Assembly: GCA_964016885.1 (NCBI GenBank)
Contig: OZ024740.1
Location: 400,520,001-400,584,000, forward strand
Length of the DNA stretch: 64,000 nt
Source of the DNA: Eledone cirrhosa
Taxonomy: Eukaryota
Reading direction: 5' to 3'
Shown: positions 60,379 to 64,000 of the stretch, one piece after another
How the letters are laid out: every line of letters begins with the position of its first letter
How positions within the stretch are numbered: position 1 is the stretch's first letter
Made by a program: the position numbers and the translations under genes
Notes under the pieces: generated by a model
Databases searched by the model: none
Told to the model about the DNA's origin: nothing
The model's input: the letters and a program-made list of their open reading frames with translations, nothing else

Positions 60379-61810
60379 TGGTAACATGTATCCCAGTACA
60401 ACCTGTCCCATGGTCGGGTCGTTGGCGACTAAACTGGCAACCCCACCAAGGTTTCTTGGTGAGGAGGGTGACTTTGGACATCCTGCAGGACTAAAAACAA
60501 AACCTGTCAAAGGGCAAAGGAGCTCTTAAGAGTCAATGGCCATCCAAAATCACCGGGAGAGATGACCCCTTAGCCTTTGTCAAGGCAGAATTCTAGGAGA
60601 AGGAAAACTCTGATATAACACCTGCAACCCTGATGGTATCCAATGATGTTGACTTGTTCTTCTTTTTGGTAAATATCATCTTGGTTAAGAGAGTGGGACT
60701 GGCTTTGTGCAGTGCCTTTGCTCACTATAAAAGCTTCACGGCACAGGCATTGCTTTATATCTGGAGATCTCTCTGCACTTGTCGTCACATGGTACCATGG
60801 GCCCAGCACTATGTGTCAGTAATTGTCACAGGTGTAGTGTTTGTACCAGAGTTTTCAAGTCGCTGGCTGGACTAAAAAGTCACACTCGTTCAGCGCATCG
60901 GTAGGGGTTCTCCTACATGGATATAAGGTAGTGGCCGTACTCGAAAACGAGTTGGCAGCCACCATGTATGTATGTATGTATGTATGTATGTATGTATGTA
61001 TGTATGTATGTATGTATGTATGTTTAGTCGCCAACGACCCGACCATGGTCGGGCGACTAAACTGGCAACCCCACCAAGGTTTCTTGGTGAGGAGGGTGAC
61101 TTTGGACATCCTGCAGGACTAAAAACAAATCCTGTAAAAGGGCAAAGGAGCTCTTAAGAGTCAATGGCCATCCAAAATCACCGGGAGAGATGACCCCTTA
61201 GCCTTTGTCAAGGCATAATTCTAGGAGAAAGAAAACTCAGATATAACACCTGCAACCCTGATGGAATCCAATGATGTTGACTTGTTCTTCTTTTTGGTAA
61301 ATATCATCTTGGTTAAGAGAGTGGGACTGGCTTTGTGCAGTGCCTTTGCTCACTATAAAAGCTTCACGGCACAGGCATTGCTTTATATCTGGAGATCTCT
61401 CTGCACTTGTCGTCACATGGTACCATGGGCCCAGCACTATGTGTCAGTAATTGTCACAAGTGTAGTGTTTGTACCAGAGTTTTCAAGTCGCTGGCTGGAC
61501 TAAAAAGTCACACTCATTCAGCGCATCGGTAGGAGTTCTCCTACATGGATATAAAATAGTGTCCGTACTCGAAAACGAGTTGGCAGCCACCATGTATGTA
61601 TGTATACTTTTTGGTAAATATCATCTTGGTTAAGAGAGTGGGACTGGCTTTGTGCAGTGCCTTTGCTCACTATAAAAGCTTCACGGCACAGGCATTGCTT
61701 TATATCTGGAGATCTCTCTGCACTTGTCGTTACATGGTACCATGTAGGGGTTCTCCTACATGGATATAAAGTAGTGGCCGTACTGGAAGACGAGTTGGGA
61801 GCCACCATGT
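60379..61810 (+). repeat. Tandem ~630-bp non-coding units with (ATGT)n tails (60379-60964, 61023-61593, partial 61606-61810); likely a non-autonomous LINE derivative
   Basis: Near-identical units, each ending gagttggcagccacc(atgt)n. Confidence 0.75.
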
Positions 61811-61987
61811 ATGTATGTATGAAAGTAGGTATGTAAGTATGTATGTATTTATGCAAGTAATTATGTATCTATGCATGCAATGATATGTTGGAAAACATGT
61901 GCATCGTCGCATACATCCATGCCTATCATTGCTTGTGAGAACCTGCATATTTTCATTCATGCAAACGTATTTGTATGTCATTATGTG

Positions 61988-62362
61988 CCGGCAGTATCGC
62001 TAGAGGGTCGGACGCCATGCTTTCCAGCATAGTTACGTCCCTTAACGATCAAATCCCGCTGAGGTTGACTTTGCCTATCATCCTTACGGGGTCGATAAAA
62101 TAAAGTACCAGTAATGCACTGGGTAATTGCTGGCCTTGTGCTTAAAAGTAGAAACAATTATGTGCCTATATTTCGGTGGATTGGCAGTATCGGTCGAGGG
62201 TCGGACGGCATGATTTGACGCATAGAGTTACGGCCCTTTATACTCTGAGTTCAAATCACGTCGAGGTCAACTTTGCCTTTCATCCTTACGAGGTCGACAA
62301 AATAAAGTACCAGTAATGTACTTGGCTAACTACTGGCCTTGTGCCAAAAGTATAAACAATTA
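61988..62362 (+). mobile_element. Two tandem S1 SINEs
   Basis: S1 matches at about 61988-62160 and 62175-62362. Confidence 0.88.
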
Positions 62363-62589
62363 TATGCCAATATTTCTATTCATTCAGAAGTTAGCACTTT
62401 ATAGCAATTCGTTAAATCACAACTGAGTTCTTTATTGCATTAATCCTCTACTTTATGATTTCAGTTTCTTTCTTAAACAATAAATAGCAACATTGTTTAC
62501 ATATTCTTTAAGCGGTGTACACATAAACACAGACCTGACCATAAATACATAGCTACATAAAGATACACGCACCCCATTCACACACACAC

Positions 62590-64000
<1,411 letters not shown>

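Overview
AT-rich eukaryotic intergenic or intronic DNA, saturated with microsatellites. The SINE families suggest an octopod cephalopod (inference from recalled consensus, not a database result). No host gene is recognisable, and almost all listed ORFs are microsatellite translations. Real content: (1) at least five Penelope-like retroelement (PLE) coding remnants with C-terminal GIY-YIG; (2) a near full-length L1/Tx1-type LINE plus two decayed copies; (3) R4/Dong-type RLE LINE pieces; (4) many tRNA-derived SINEs; (5) Helitron-, Tc1- and possibly Sola-like remnants. The main signal is a repeated architecture: (TA)n-embedded fold-back elements whose arms are PLE 3' ends carrying type I hammerhead ribozymes (HHR). 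They range from about 130 bp to a near-perfect 5.9-kb palindrome (51893-57779). The set includes a multi-copy non-coding hairpin family, a tRNA-headed fold-back element and a retrozyme-like HHR tandem. All motif calls were made by eye.
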